Shown one piece after another: positions 20,609-31,730 of a DNA stretch of 64,000 nucleotides; the first letter of the stretch is position 1; the number at the start of each line of letters is the position of its first letter. The notes beneath the pieces were generated by a model that was not told where the DNA came from, ran no database searches, and was given only the letters and a program-made list of their open reading frames with translations. Position numbers and translations under genes: made by a program. Source of the DNA: Clostridia bacterium (GTDB lineage Bacteria > Bacillota > Clostridia > TANB77 > CAG-508); NCBI GenBank assembly GCA_045531335.1, contig JAZSDU010000034.1, positions 20,314-84,313 of the forward strand, read 5' to 3'.

Positions 20609-20665
20609 ATTTTAATCTTGCAAAAAAATAAAATAAAATATATAATGAATTCGGAGGGAATATAA

Positions 20666-21538
20666 ATGTACAAATTAATAGCAATTGATATTGATGGAAC
20701 ACTTTTAGATTCATATAGTGAAGTGAGCAGAGAAAATAAAGAAGCAATAAAAATGGCAATTGATAAAAATATTTATGTTGTATTAACTTCTGGTAGAATG
20801 CCAAAAGCTATTTTGCCAATTGCTAATGAAGTTTGTGCTAATAAGTATCTGATTTCTGGAAATGGTGCAGCAATTTATGATATTGAGAAAAATGAAATTA
20901 TATACAACAATTATATGACTAAAGAAAAAGTATTAGAAATTATAAATGAATGTGAAAAAAATAGTGTATTTTATAATGTCTATACAAACAATATGATATT
21001 AACTAAGTCATTGAATTACAACATACTTTTTTATCATAATGAGAATAAAAAGAATCCTGACGATAAAAAAATCAAAATAAATGTAATTGATGATATGTAT
21101 AATTATATTAAAAACTATGAGGGAGACGACTTACTAAAAATAACAATATGCGATAGTGATAAAATGATTTTTAATAGCATAATGAACAAGCTGAAAACAC
21201 TTAGGGATATAGATGTTTTAGAAGTGGCTCATATGTCAAAAAAAATTATAAAACATGGAACAGAAGATTTTGAGATTTCTTATTTTTATACAGAAATCAC
21301 CAATAAAAATGTAAACAAATGGACTGCGATAGAAGAATTAATAGGTAGGCTTAATATAAAAAAAGAAGAAGTAATCGCAATAGGAGATAACATAAATGAC
21401 AAGGAAATGATACAAAATGCAGGAGTGGGTATAGTTACGGGAAATGGTTCACCACTTATGAAAGAAATAGCTAATAAAGTTGTTGCTAGTAACAATGAAA
21501 GTGGTGTAGCACAAGCAATAAGAAATTACATACAATAA
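20666..21538 (+). CDS. Cof-type HAD-IIB phosphatase
   Basis: IAIDIDGTLL N-terminal motif and a GDNINDKEM C-terminal motif. 290 aa. Confidence 0.85.
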   Translation: MYKLIAIDIDGTLLDSYSEVSRENKEAIKMAIDKNIYVVLTSGRMPKAILPIANEVCANKYLISGNGAAIYDIEKNEIIYNNYMTKEKVLEIINECEKNSVFYNVYTNNMILTKSLNYNILFYHNENKKNPDDKKIKINVIDDMYNYIKNYEGDDLLKITICDSDKMIFNSIMNKLKTLRDIDVLEVAHMSKKIIKHGTEDFEISYFYTEITNKNVNKWTAIEELIGRLNIKKEEVIAIGDNINDKEMIQNAGVGIVTGNGSPLMKEIANKVVASNNESGVAQAIRNYIQ

Positions 21539-21657
21539 TTATTACAGCAATGTTACAAACGTATTATATTTAAATTACAATCACCTTAAAATGTTGTTTT
21601 TGAGGTGATTTTGTTATAGAATAGAATAAAATAGTATGTTATGGGAGGAATTTTATA

Positions 21658-22577
21658 TGGTAGCAAATCCAATGCAAAAAAAAGCAAGGAATTCATTTTT
21701 ATTAGGTATGGTTATAACATTAGTGATATGTGCGGTTATAGGTGTTTTAGCATATTTTATATTGTCAAGCCAAGAGGAGGCAAAAGAAAAAGAAGAGGGA
21801 GCTCTTACATATGCATATAGATTAAAATCAGATGTTAAATCAGGAGAAGAAATAACATTAGATAAGGTTGAATCAGTTTTGGTAACTGAAAAAGCTGTTC
21901 CATTAGGAGCTTTTCCTTCAAAAACTAAGATTGAAAAATCAAAAGGAAAAGCAACTTGGGTAGATTCAGCATTTCCAAGTGGATATAAAAGTAAATTAGA
22001 TTTAAGTGCTGGAACAATATTGGCAGAAAATTTGGTATATGAAGGTGAAGAACTTACAAGTGATGTAAGATATGTAGAATACAATATGCTAACATTACCA
22101 ACAACAATACTTGAAGGAGATTACATTGATGTAAGATTAACTCTTCCAAATGGTCAAGATTTAATAGTAATTTCTAAAAAAGAAGTAAAATCAATATTAG
22201 GAGATACAATAGGACTAGAACTAACTGAAGGAGAAATCTTAATGATGGAAAGTGCTATCGTAGAAGCATATATAATGACTGCTTCAAACTTGTATGCAAT
22301 ACAATATATAGAACCAGGAATTCAAGAAGCAGCAATAAAAACATATACACCAACTGCAGCTGTTCAAAATTTAATTGCTGCTAATGGAAATATTAAGAGT
22401 GAAGCTAAATCAGCATTACAAGCAAGATTTGATCAAAACATGAGAGGATATATAGATGGAAGTAAAGGTGCTTATGCTGCAGACACACAACAAAACTTAG
22501 AAGAAGGAATACAAAAACAAATTGAAGATGCAAAAGCAGCAAGAGAAGCATACTTATCAGGATTAACAAGTTATTAA
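21658..22577 (+). CDS. Flp pilus assembly protein CpaB/RcpC-like (N-terminal TM)
   Basis: Single N-terminal TM segment followed by a periplasmic/extracytoplasmic domain. First gene of the Tad-like cluster. The family assignment is tentative. Confidence 0.4.
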
Positions 22578-22600
22578 TATATGTTCCATATATTAATAAC

Positions 22601-22634
22601 TGTAGGGGCGAGGTTCCACCTTCGCCCGCAAAAA
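22601..22634. repeat. REP single unit (GTAGGGGCGAGGttccaccTTCGCCCGCAAAAAA)
   Basis: Same family as above. Preceded by the AT-only palindrome GTTATTAATATATG-ttc-CATATATTAATAAC. Confidence 0.7.
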
Positions 22635-22693
22635 ATCAAGCACAAAATTAATTGAAAACAATTATATTAATAAACAAAAGGGAGGCAATGAGG

Positions 22694-23371
22694 TTGAAAA
22701 AAGTAGGATTTATAGGAGCTTTTGAAAAAACAGATTTGATAATTTATACAGCAAAAATTCTTACAGAACTTAAAAAAAGAATATTACTAATAGATACAAC
22801 AGTTTTACAAAAAGCAAGATACATAGTACCTGCCATTGCTCCAACAAAATTTTATGTTACTGATTATGAAGGAATAGATATAGCAGTCGGATTTGAAGAT
22901 CTAGAATCAGTTGATAAATATATAGGTGGTATAGAAACAAACTATGACATGATATTAATAGATGTAGATTCACCAGATATGTTTGATTTATTTAATATGA
23001 GTAGCGCGGATAGATTATATTTTGTTACAGCATTTGATAGTTTTTCACTTAGAAGAGGAATAGAAATAATTAGCAACATGAAAGAAAAAGTTAGAATGAC
23101 AAAAATATTATTTGAAAGAGATATTATTGAAGAAGATGATGAATATTTAAATTTATTATCTTTAACAGCTCCAATAGAGTGGGATACAGAGAAATTTTAT
23201 TTTCCATATGACCAAGGAGATTTAACAGCAATAATAGAGAATCAAAGAGTAACAAAAATAAAATTAAGAAACTTGAGTGAACAATTTAGAGAATCATTAT
23301 TAATGCTTGTTCAAGAAATAACACCGGAAACAAGAACTGGAGAGATAAAAAGAGTTTTTAAAGAATTATAA
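22694..23371 (+). CDS. Degenerate ParA/MinD-fold protein (TadZ/CpaE-like, lacks a Walker A lysine motif)
   Basis: MinD-like fold signatures without GKGG. Its position between the CpaB-like gene and the tadA ATPase is typical for TadZ. Confidence 0.45.
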   Translation: MKKVGFIGAFEKTDLIIYTAKILTELKKRILLIDTTVLQKARYIVPAIAPTKFYVTDYEGIDIAVGFEDLESVDKYIGGIETNYDMILIDVDSPDMFDLFNMSSADRLYFVTAFDSFSLRRGIEIISNMKEKVRMTKILFERDIIEEDDEYLNLLSLTAPIEWDTEKFYFPYDQGDLTAIIENQRVTKIKLRNLSEQFRESLLMLVQEITPETRTGEIKRVFKEL

Positions 23372-23387
23372 AAAAGGAGAAAGATTA

Positions 23388-24218
23388 ATGGCAATTATAT
23401 CATTTTGTAGTAGCGGAAAAGGAGAAACAGCAAAAACTTCATCAATAGCAGCAATAACTACTTTTCTAGCAATACAACACAACTATAAAATATTAGTTTT
23501 AGATACAAAATATAATGATTATTCTTATCAAGATTGTTATTGGCAAGAAGATAAAACTATGAAATTAATAAATAGCAACAATGGAAAAACAAATATAGCA
23601 TCAGGAATAAGTGGATTATCTAAAGCGATATTAAGCAATAAAACTTCTCCAGAAATAATAACAAATTATACAAGAATAGTATTTAAAGATAGATTAGAAT
23701 TATTAACAGATACTGAAATAAGCGAAGAAGAATATGAAACTCATAAAAAAGTTTTTAAAGATATTGCAAAAATAGCAAGTAAATATTACGATTTAGTATT
23801 TATCGATATAGACCGTGGACTTGATGACCATATAAAGAAATCTTTGCTAGAAATTTCAGATGTAATTGTTTCTAATTTATCACAAAAAATGAGACAGATA
23901 GATGAGTTTATAAGACTAAAAGAACAAGATATAATTTTTAGTGAAAAAACTGTAATACCACTTTTAGGAAGATATGATAAAAATTCAAAATATAATATAA
24001 AAAATGTTTCAAGATACATGAAAGAGAAGAAGCCAGTGTGCGCTATTCCGTATAATACGTTGTTTTTTGAAGCATGCAATGAAGGAAAAGTAGCAGATTA
24101 TTTTATAAAATTTAGGAAAATAAATCCTAAAGACAAAAATGCATTGTTTATAGATTCTGTAAAAAATGCAACAGAAAGAATTATATATACATTGCAAGAA
24201 TTACAAATGAGAATGTAA
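23388..24218 (+). CDS. ParA/MinD-like ATPase-fold protein (second TadZ/CpaE-like, deviant Walker A SSGKGETAKT)
   Basis: Deviant P-loop at the N-terminus. 276 aa. Confidence 0.5.
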   Translation: MAIISFCSSGKGETAKTSSIAAITTFLAIQHNYKILVLDTKYNDYSYQDCYWQEDKTMKLINSNNGKTNIASGISGLSKAILSNKTSPEIITNYTRIVFKDRLELLTDTEISEEEYETHKKVFKDIAKIASKYYDLVFIDIDRGLDDHIKKSLLEISDVIVSNLSQKMRQIDEFIRLKEQDIIFSEKTVIPLLGRYDKNSKYNIKNVSRYMKEKKPVCAIPYNTLFFEACNEGKVADYFIKFRKINPKDKNALFIDSVKNATERIIYTLQELQMRM

Positions 24219-24236
24219 GAGAGGTGTTCTTAAAAC

Positions 24237-26199
24237 ATGAATGTTACAAATATTATATTAACGTTTATAGTTCTAATAATAATAGGATTATTAATTAAAT
24301 ATGTTGCTGAGAAGAACAAAAACGCTAAAATTGAAGAACAAATAGATATAGATGACAAAACATATACAATTGAAAAAATGACTGAATTTGTTAAAAAAAG
24401 GCTTGATGAAATCACAAAAATTAACCTTTATGACATAGGACTTTCAGAAGAAGAATTAAAAAGAAGAAAAGCTAAAAAATACGAATTAAAAAAAGCGTTA
24501 AAAGGTTGTACATATGGAGATGTTAACGATAAAAAATATGTTAAGGAATTAATATTTGATTTGCTAGCTAAAGAATATGGAGTTACAGAGGTAAATATAT
24601 CAAAAGCAATTCCATTTGATGTGCCATCTCTTCTTACTTCTCAAGACAAATTTGACATATTGCTATATATGTATAAAAAGGATTTTGCTTATGAAGCATT
24701 AACACAAATTATAAAAAAATATAATTTAGCAACTTTAAAATATGTAGCAGGTGAAGCAAAACCATGTTATGTAATAACAAAAGAAGAAATTGACGATATA
24801 TTTGAACAAGAAGGGTTAGTATTAAATTTCCAAGACAAATTAAATGTTTTAGTTCAAAGAATATATCAACATTACAAAGGTTATAGCAGTATTGATGAAA
24901 TAAGAGATATGAACATAGATGGTGTATCAGGTGGTGTATCTGGTCTTCCAGAAAGTTTCTTAAGTCAAGTTGCACAAACAGATGGAGATTACTTAGAGCA
25001 AATAACAGAACATAAAGTACCAAGAGCATGTGATAGTATATGGATAATGTTCCAAGGTAAATCAATAAGACTTGCTTTCCTTTCATTTGGAAGAGAAAGT
25101 GAATTAAAAAGGGTATGTCAAAACATATACAAATATAATAATCCAGGACAATTATCAGATACAAATGGATATAAAATAAATGAAATGAAAGATGGTTCTC
25201 GTGTAGTTGTTGTTAGACCTTCAATGTCTGAAACTTGGGCATTTTTTGTAAGAAAATTCGACGTAAAAAGAGCAACTCTAGAACAAATAGTAACAATACC
25301 TGGAAAAGAAAATGCAATAGATTTATTAAAATTCTTAGTAAAAGGTGCAAGAATTATATCACTTACAGGTGAACAAGGATGCCGGAAAAACAACAATGCT
25401 TATGGCGATGATAGAAAATATATATGAAACAATGAACCTTCGTATCACAGAAACTGCATTCGAGCTTCACTTAAGAAAAATATATCCAACAAGAAATATT
25501 TTATCAATGCGTGAAACAGAAACAATTTCTGGACAAGATTGTTTGGACGTTCAAAAGAAAACCGATGGTAGTGTTAACATCATAGGAGAGGTTGCAACAG
25601 ACCCCGTAGCATCTTGGATGATACAATCAGCACAGGTTGCTTCAAAATTTACATTATTTACTCACCATGCTAAGACATTTCCTGATTTAGTAACAGCACT
25701 TCGTAACTCAATGTTAAGAGCAGGTGTGTTCAAAGATGAAAAAACAGCTGAAGAACAAGTTGTTCAAGTATTAAATTTTGATATACACTTAGTAAAAGAT
25801 TTTAGAGGAAGACGTTATATAGAAAGAGTAACAGAATGCGTTCCTGTAGAAGACAAAAACGAATATACATATGATCATAGAAAAGAAAAAACATTAGAAG
25901 GGAAAATGGACAAATTTATAGACAATGCAACAAGTTTCTTTACTAAAACAACAAATAGAGAATTATATAAATATGTAAATATTTTAGAGTTTAGAAATGA
26001 TGAATATGTTATAACAAATAAAATATCAGATTATAACTTAAAAGAAATGCGCAGAAATATGGATGAATCAGATATAGAAGAATTTGATAAGTTTATAGAA
26101 AGAAATTGGGGAGCAAAACAAAAAACAAAAGCAGAAGCAATACCAGTATCTGCAACTGTAGAAGCCCCAAAAAGAAGAGGAAGACCAAGAAAAGCATAA
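24237..26199 (+). CDS. tadA: CpaF/TadA-type secretion ATPase. The frame is broken at the in-frame CGG at 25383-25385, which falls inside the Walker A motif, and continues in the +1 frame.
   Basis: ...ISLTGEQGC | GKTTMLMAMIE... (GxxGxGKT) is contiguous only if C25383 is skipped (TGC CGG A -> TGC GGA). His box and Asp box lie downstream. The unusual N-terminal TM segment is noted. Confidence 0.75.
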
Positions 26200-26327
26200 C
26201 ATGAAGAAATAGAATACTGCAAACATTGTAGGGGCGAGCATCGCTCGTCCGCTCTTCGAAGGAATTACCATAAATAGAAAGGTAGATTAAAATCAGATAA
26301 ACATAAGAAAAGAGGTGCAAACTAGAA

Positions 26328-28400
26328 ATGTCAAATCAAACATTGTTTTATATAATGGGAATATGTGGAGGATTATTTGTATTTATAATAATAGCTTATT
26401 TCATTATGAGAAAAATGCTAAATAAAACAGATATGAAAAGAATCCAACAATTGAGAAAAGGAACAGAAAAGAAATACACCTCTGATGTTTTATATCAAAA
26501 ATTATATGTCTATTTCATGAAGATACCATTTTTAAAAAGATATGTTTCAAAACTTAGAAGAAAACTAGAAATCATGAATGTGGATGATGAATATTTAACA
26601 AGAAAACAAACTGCAAGAATAATTTTGAATGCTATATTAATAATATTGCCACTTACAATATTAATAATAGTTTTTACACATGAAGATAAATTATTACTTA
26701 CTATTATATTGCTTTTTGAAGTGTTTTTAATTGAAACATTAATGAGTGGTATGGTAGACAAATTAGATACAAAGTTATTAAAACAACAAATAGATTTTTT
26801 TGCAGAGATAAGACATGCATATCATGAATTTAACATGGTAGAAGAAGCAATATACGAAGTTTCGCAAAAAGATCAACTCGAAGTTTCTAGGCAAGGTGAG
26901 AAAATATATGAAATATTGACATCTGATGACCCTGAAACAGAACTAGAAAAATATTATGACACAGCACCAAATAGTTATTTAAAGGAATTTGCAGGAGTAT
27001 CATTTTTAACAAGAGAATTTGGAGATAGAGTAGATAGTAATGGAGCATCTTTGTATTTAAAGAATTTAAATAATATTACAGAAGAGATGCAATTAGAAAT
27101 ATTAAAAAGAGAAAAACTTGATTATGTATTTCAAAGTTTATCAGTAATAGCTTTAGTACCAGTATTGTGTATACAACCTTTAAAAAGTTGGGCAATATCT
27201 AATTTTGCTTTTACATCTAGTTTTTATAATGGAAAATTAGGATTTATAGTTCAATTATTACTTATAGTATTAACATTTATATGCTATATCCTAACAAGGA
27301 AATTAAAAGACAATGGATCAATTAAAAGTGATTATGGAGATCCAAACAAAGTTTGGCAAATGAAATTATATAAAAATCCAATTGCTAAAGGAGTAATTGA
27401 TTTATTTATACCAAAAAAAGGAACAAGAGAATATAGAAAAGATATAAATTTATTAAAAGATGCTGCATCAAAACAAAAAATGGAAACATTCTATGTTAAT
27501 AGAATTGTGATTTGTATAGCAGTATTCTTCGTATCTTTATTCCTATTTACACAAATACATAATGTAGCAGTAGATTTCATATATGAATCTCCAACATCAC
27601 AAAATGCAATGTTAGGGGAAATGTCTGAGAAACAAGAAGCAGAAGCAATGAACTTAACTGAACAGGACAACTATTTCTTAGAAAAGTTTAAAGGCAAAAA
27701 ATTAACATTAGAACAAATAAAAGTTGAATTAAAGCATTCTGAATTTTATGAAGATGCAACAGAGGAAGAAATAAAACAAGGAGCAGAAAGAATAGAAACC
27801 AAGCTAAAAGTTGTAGATAAAGAATATCTAAAATGGTTTGAATGGCTACTAGCATCAGTATTTGCTCTTGCAGGATATTTTGGACCTAAATGGATGTTAA
27901 TGTTCCAAAAAATAATGAGGAAATTAGAAATAGAAAACGAAGTAATGCAATTTCAAACAATCATTTTGATGCTTATGAAAATTGAAAGAGTAAATGTTGA
28001 AATGATATTAGAATGGCTAGAAAGATACTCTAACATATTTAGAGAGCCAATAACAAAATGTGTTAATAACTATGAAGCTGGAGCATGGGAAGCATTAGAA
28101 GAATTAAAAAATGAAATAAATTTTGAACAGATGATACGTATAGTAGAAGGACTTCAATCTGCAGTAGAAAAAATACCGATAAATGAAGCATTTGACGAAC
28201 TAGATAATGAAAGAGAATATTATCAAGAAAAAAGAAAAGAATCAAATGAAAGATTAATAAAAAGAAAAGGTATGATAGGAAAAGCAATTGGATTTGCTCC
28301 TATGGTATGCCTATTTGTAGGGTATTTAATTGTACCACTAGTAGCAATAGGATTATTTAGCATGACAGATACCTTTAGCACAATGTCAACAATGATGTAA
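26328..28400 (+). CDS. Fused TadB/TadC-like platform protein (two T2SS-F domains)
   Basis: 690-aa polytopic membrane protein with two T2SSF-like halves, following the ATPase gene. Confidence 0.65.
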   Translation: MSNQTLFYIMGICGGLFVFIIIAYFIMRKMLNKTDMKRIQQLRKGTEKKYTSDVLYQKLYVYFMKIPFLKRYVSKLRRKLEIMNVDDEYLTRKQTARIILNAILIILPLTILIIVFTHEDKLLLTIILLFEVFLIETLMSGMVDKLDTKLLKQQIDFFAEIRHAYHEFNMVEEAIYEVSQKDQLEVSRQGEKIYEILTSDDPETELEKYYDTAPNSYLKEFAGVSFLTREFGDRVDSNGASLYLKNLNNITEEMQLEILKREKLDYVFQSLSVIALVPVLCIQPLKSWAISNFAFTSSFYNGKLGFIVQLLLIVLTFICYILTRKLKDNGSIKSDYGDPNKVWQMKLYKNPIAKGVIDLFIPKKGTREYRKDINLLKDAASKQKMETFYVNRIVICIAVFFVSLFLFTQIHNVAVDFIYESPTSQNAMLGEMSEKQEAEAMNLTEQDNYFLEKFKGKKLTLEQIKVELKHSEFYEDATEEEIKQGAERIETKLKVVDKEYLKWFEWLLASVFALAGYFGPKWMLMFQKIMRKLEIENEVMQFQTIILMLMKIERVNVEMILEWLERYSNIFREPITKCVNNYEAGAWEALEELKNEINFEQMIRIVEGLQSAVEKIPINEAFDELDNEREYYQEKRKESNERLIKRKGMIGKAIGFAPMVCLFVGYLIVPLVAIGLFSMTDTFSTMSTMM

Positions 28401-28420
28401 TGTTTGGAAGGAGATTTTAG

Positions 28421-29047
28421 ATGGAGAATGCATCAAAAGCTTTGCTTATGGCAGGGGGAACATTATTAGCAATACTTATTTTAACTGTATTAATATATAC
28501 GCTTAATGCAAGTAATACATTAGCACAGGCACAAGATGAAAAAAAATTAGCACAGCAAACATCAGCATTTAATAAAGAATATGAAGCATATGAGAAAAGT
28601 CGAATGTATGGAACAGATGTTATAACTGTTGTAAATAAGGCTATTGATTATAATCAAAGATTAGGTATTAATGATGAAGAATACTTTATAAATATAGTTT
28701 TGGATTTGAGGGGTGCGTCTTTTAATACTAGCAGAACAGTAACTTGGGAAAAAAATGGTGTAAAAAAAGATGAAAAGAATTATACAGATATAGGATTAGG
28801 TAATGATGTATATCAGTTGAAAACTGGAACAGGAACAGGAACTGGAGTAAATGAAACATTAAAGACATTTTTTTCACAGACTGCAAGTGATGATGTACAG
28901 TCTGTTATTAATCCAGATGGAACAAAAACAACAACATATACATATAGCGGTTTAAATGCTTTTAAAAGAGCTACATTTACATGCGAAAATGTTAGTTATA
29001 GTCCAATAACAGGAAGAATTGATTCTATGACATTTAAACAAATCTAA
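28421..29047 (+). CDS. Pilin-like / TadE-like secreted protein (class 1 N-terminus MENASKALLMAGG...)
   Basis: N-terminal hydrophobic helix plus a variable C-terminal domain (Thr/Gly-rich). The shared leader MENASKAL recurs in four consecutive ORFs. Confidence 0.45.
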   Translation: MENASKALLMAGGTLLAILILTVLIYTLNASNTLAQAQDEKKLAQQTSAFNKEYEAYEKSRMYGTDVITVVNKAIDYNQRLGINDEEYFINIVLDLRGASFNTSRTVTWEKNGVKKDEKNYTDIGLGNDVYQLKTGTGTGTGVNETLKTFFSQTASDDVQSVINPDGTKTTTYTYSGLNAFKRATFTCENVSYSPITGRIDSMTFKQI

Positions 29048-29058
29048 GGAGAAAAAAT

Positions 29059-29496
29059 ATGGAGAATGCGTCAAAAGCCTTGCTTATGGCAGGTGGAGTA
29101 TTAATTGCAATATTAATACTAACTGTAGTAGTAATTTTATTTAATACTTATGGGCAACTAGCACCAACATATGAGAAAGAATTAGAAGAAAATGAAATAA
29201 AAAAGTTTAATAATAATTTTACAAAGTTTGAAGGAAGAGAAGATATTACAATACAAGAAATAGTTAGTCTTACTAATTTTGCTAAGCAATACGAACAAGA
29301 AACAGAAATTGGTATTGAAGTAATTTTTTCAGCAACTGATTTAACAGAAAAAGACGAAGAATACTTAATTAATCTAATAAAAGACAATTCAGTTAATGGA
29401 GATGGGACAATTAAACATTATAAATGTAATAGCGCAAATACAGAATACGAATATGGAAAAGTAAATGTTATAAAATTCCAGCAAATTTATAAATAA
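29059..29496 (+). CDS. Pilin-like protein (MENASKALLMAGG leader)
   Basis: N-terminal 27 aa nearly identical to the previous ORF, divergent C-terminus. Confidence 0.45.
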   Translation: MENASKALLMAGGVLIAILILTVVVILFNTYGQLAPTYEKELEENEIKKFNNNFTKFEGREDITIQEIVSLTNFAKQYEQETEIGIEVIFSATDLTEKDEEYLINLIKDNSVNGDGTIKHYKCNSANTEYEYGKVNVIKFQQIYK

Positions 29497-29558
29497 AAAA
29501 ATAAAAAAATGTTGCATATTGTAGTTAAAAATATTATAATAAAGGAGGATGGCTAAGT

Positions 29559-29990
29559 ATGAAACAACAGCTTTTAATAGTTCTTGCAGTTCTATTTATT
29601 ATAATATGTGTAATATGTGTATATTTAATAAATATAAATTCAGAAAAAAAAGCTTTAATAGATTACAATAGCCAATACGAAGCTTATTTAAATAAAGAAG
29701 TTTTAGGAACAGAGATAGCAACATTAATAAATAAGGCAATAGACCAAAATGAAAAAAATAATATACAAAAAGATGAAAAAGGTTATTATATAAACAATTT
29801 ACAAAACAGTATAAAAATAGATTTAAAAATGACAACAATAGATAAAACATACCCAATGGAAGAAATATATAATAAAGAAATAACAAACTTTGTACAAAAT
29901 TTTAATTTAATAGAATTTAAATGTATAAATATAGAATATCATGAAGATACAGGAAAAGTATCAAAACTAGTTTTTGAAGAACTAGAATAA
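29559..29990 (+). CDS. Small membrane-anchored protein in the pilus cluster
   Basis: N-terminal TM (MKQQLLIVLAVLFIIICVICV) plus a ~110-aa domain. Confidence 0.4.
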   Translation: MKQQLLIVLAVLFIIICVICVYLININSEKKALIDYNSQYEAYLNKEVLGTEIATLINKAIDQNEKNNIQKDEKGYYINNLQNSIKIDLKMTTIDKTYPMEEIYNKEITNFVQNFNLIEFKCINIEYHEDTGKVSKLVFEELE

Positions 29991-30061
29991 CAAAGTTATT
30001 AATGTTTTAGAATGAAAGTTCTAAAGATAAAATAAATAAAAATTCAAAGGAGGAAAAAATT

Positions 30062-30445
30062 ATGGAGAATGCATCAAAAGCTTTAATTATTGCAGGAGCA
30101 ATATTAATATCTATATTATTAATAAGTGTAGGTATAATGATATTTAATAGTTCATCAGGACTATTTAGTTCAGCACAATCTAGTATGTCTGATCAAGAAA
30201 TGCAAATGTTTAACCAAAAATTTACTATGTATGAAGGATCAAAAGTTTCAGCAAGTGCAGTTAAACAACTTATAAGAGATGTTGAGGCTAATAATGCAGA
30301 TGAAGAAAATCCTGACATTACATTAGCTGGTAGCTATACAACAACTGCTACAGTAGTAAATGCATATCAATATACAGTTACATGCACTACTACAGATGGT
30401 GTTGTTAGTACAATAACAATAAACAAAACAACATCAGGAAGCTAG
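30062..30445 (+). CDS. Pilin-like protein (MENASKALIIAGA leader)
   Basis: Third copy of the conserved leader. Thr-rich C-terminus. Confidence 0.45.
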   Translation: MENASKALIIAGAILISILLISVGIMIFNSSSGLFSSAQSSMSDQEMQMFNQKFTMYEGSKVSASAVKQLIRDVEANNADEENPDITLAGSYTTTATVVNAYQYTVTCTTTDGVVSTITINKTTSGS

Positions 30446-30455
30446 GAGTTAAATT

Positions 30456-30953
30456 ATGGAAAACGCAGCAGACGCTTTAAAAATTGCATTTGCAATATTT
30501 GTATTTGTACTTGCAATCACAATAACTTTTTCAGTAATTTCACATGCAAAATCAACGGCTGATGTTGTGCTTTACTATAGTGATAAGACTAATTTTTATG
30601 ATCACACAGCGTCATCAAGCAATGGTAACAGACAAGTGTCTGTTACAGAAGTGATTTCAACATTATATAGATATTATAAAGAATCAATATCTGTTACAGT
30701 TGATTTAGGTGCTGAAGGCGTAACTACATTTGATTTATCAAATTCATCATCTAGTATAACTCAGATAGAGAATAATTTAAAAATTTATATAGCTAATTTA
30801 CTTACTTCACATGGAGAAAGTAAATTTACAGAAGAGTTTGTAGAAGTACCAATTAGCGGTATTTATGAAACTGGAGATGATGATACACAAATAACTTTAT
30901 CATCTGGAGGTAAAAAAGTATATGTAACATATACTTTAGACTCAGGTACATAA
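30456..30953 (+). CDS. Pilin-like protein (MENAADALKIAFA leader)
   Basis: Variant of the same leader plus a TM segment. 165 aa. Confidence 0.4.
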   Translation: MENAADALKIAFAIFVFVLAITITFSVISHAKSTADVVLYYSDKTNFYDHTASSSNGNRQVSVTEVISTLYRYYKESISVTVDLGAEGVTTFDLSNSSSSITQIENNLKIYIANLLTSHGESKFTEEFVEVPISGIYETGDDDTQITLSSGGKKVYVTYTLDSGT

Positions 30954-31072
30954 CTATTATATGGGCAGGGAAAAAGCCCTGCCCAAAAAATAATTAATAA
31001 TGAATGGTGAATTAAAATATTCATTATTCACTATTAATTATTCACTATAAACCTGTTAAGGAGGATGTTAAA

Positions 31073-31609
31073 ATGAGTGATACACTAATTACAATAATAG
31101 CTGCATTTTCAGCAGTTACATTAATGTTTATATTTCCACTTATGTCTGTATCAGAAAGAAATGATGATATAGCACAAACAGCAGTACAAACTGCAACATC
31201 AGAATTTGTAGATAAAATAGCTGTATCAGGAAGTATAAAACCTAGTGATTATGAAGAATATGAAAAAAGATTACTTGCAACTGGAAATACATATGATATA
31301 GAAATAGAAGTACAAGTACTAGATGAAAATCCAGGTAAAAAAGGTACTGGACAAACAGCTCAAGACTTAATAGGAGAGAATGTACGTTATTCTGTATATA
31401 CAACAAAAATATTAGATGATATGTACAATGATGATGGAAGTTCACAAAATTTTGTATTAAAAAAAGGTGATAATGTAATAGTTACAGCAAAGAATACAAA
31501 TAAAACTTTAGCACAAACATTAAGATCATTTTTCTATAAAGTTACAGGACAAGGAACATATCAAGTAGGTGCAAGTAGTTCTAGCATGGTAATAAATACA
31601 GGGAAATAA
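31073..31609 (+). CDS. TadE/TadF-like pseudopilin candidate
   Basis: N-terminal TM segment (MSDTLITIIAAFSAVTLMFIFPLMSVSERND) followed by a beta-rich domain. Confidence 0.4.
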   Translation: MSDTLITIIAAFSAVTLMFIFPLMSVSERNDDIAQTAVQTATSEFVDKIAVSGSIKPSDYEEYEKRLLATGNTYDIEIEVQVLDENPGKKGTGQTAQDLIGENVRYSVYTTKILDDMYNDDGSSQNFVLKKGDNVIVTAKNTNKTLAQTLRSFFYKVTGQGTYQVGASSSSMVINTGK

Positions 31610-31730
31610 TTAATTAAATATATACAAAAGTTTGAAGTGAGAGGTGATATGGAATATTTCTAAAAGGATACTCCATTTCATGTCTCACTTTATTAGTAAG
31701 AGACTTAAAGAAAAGAATTGAGGTGAAAAG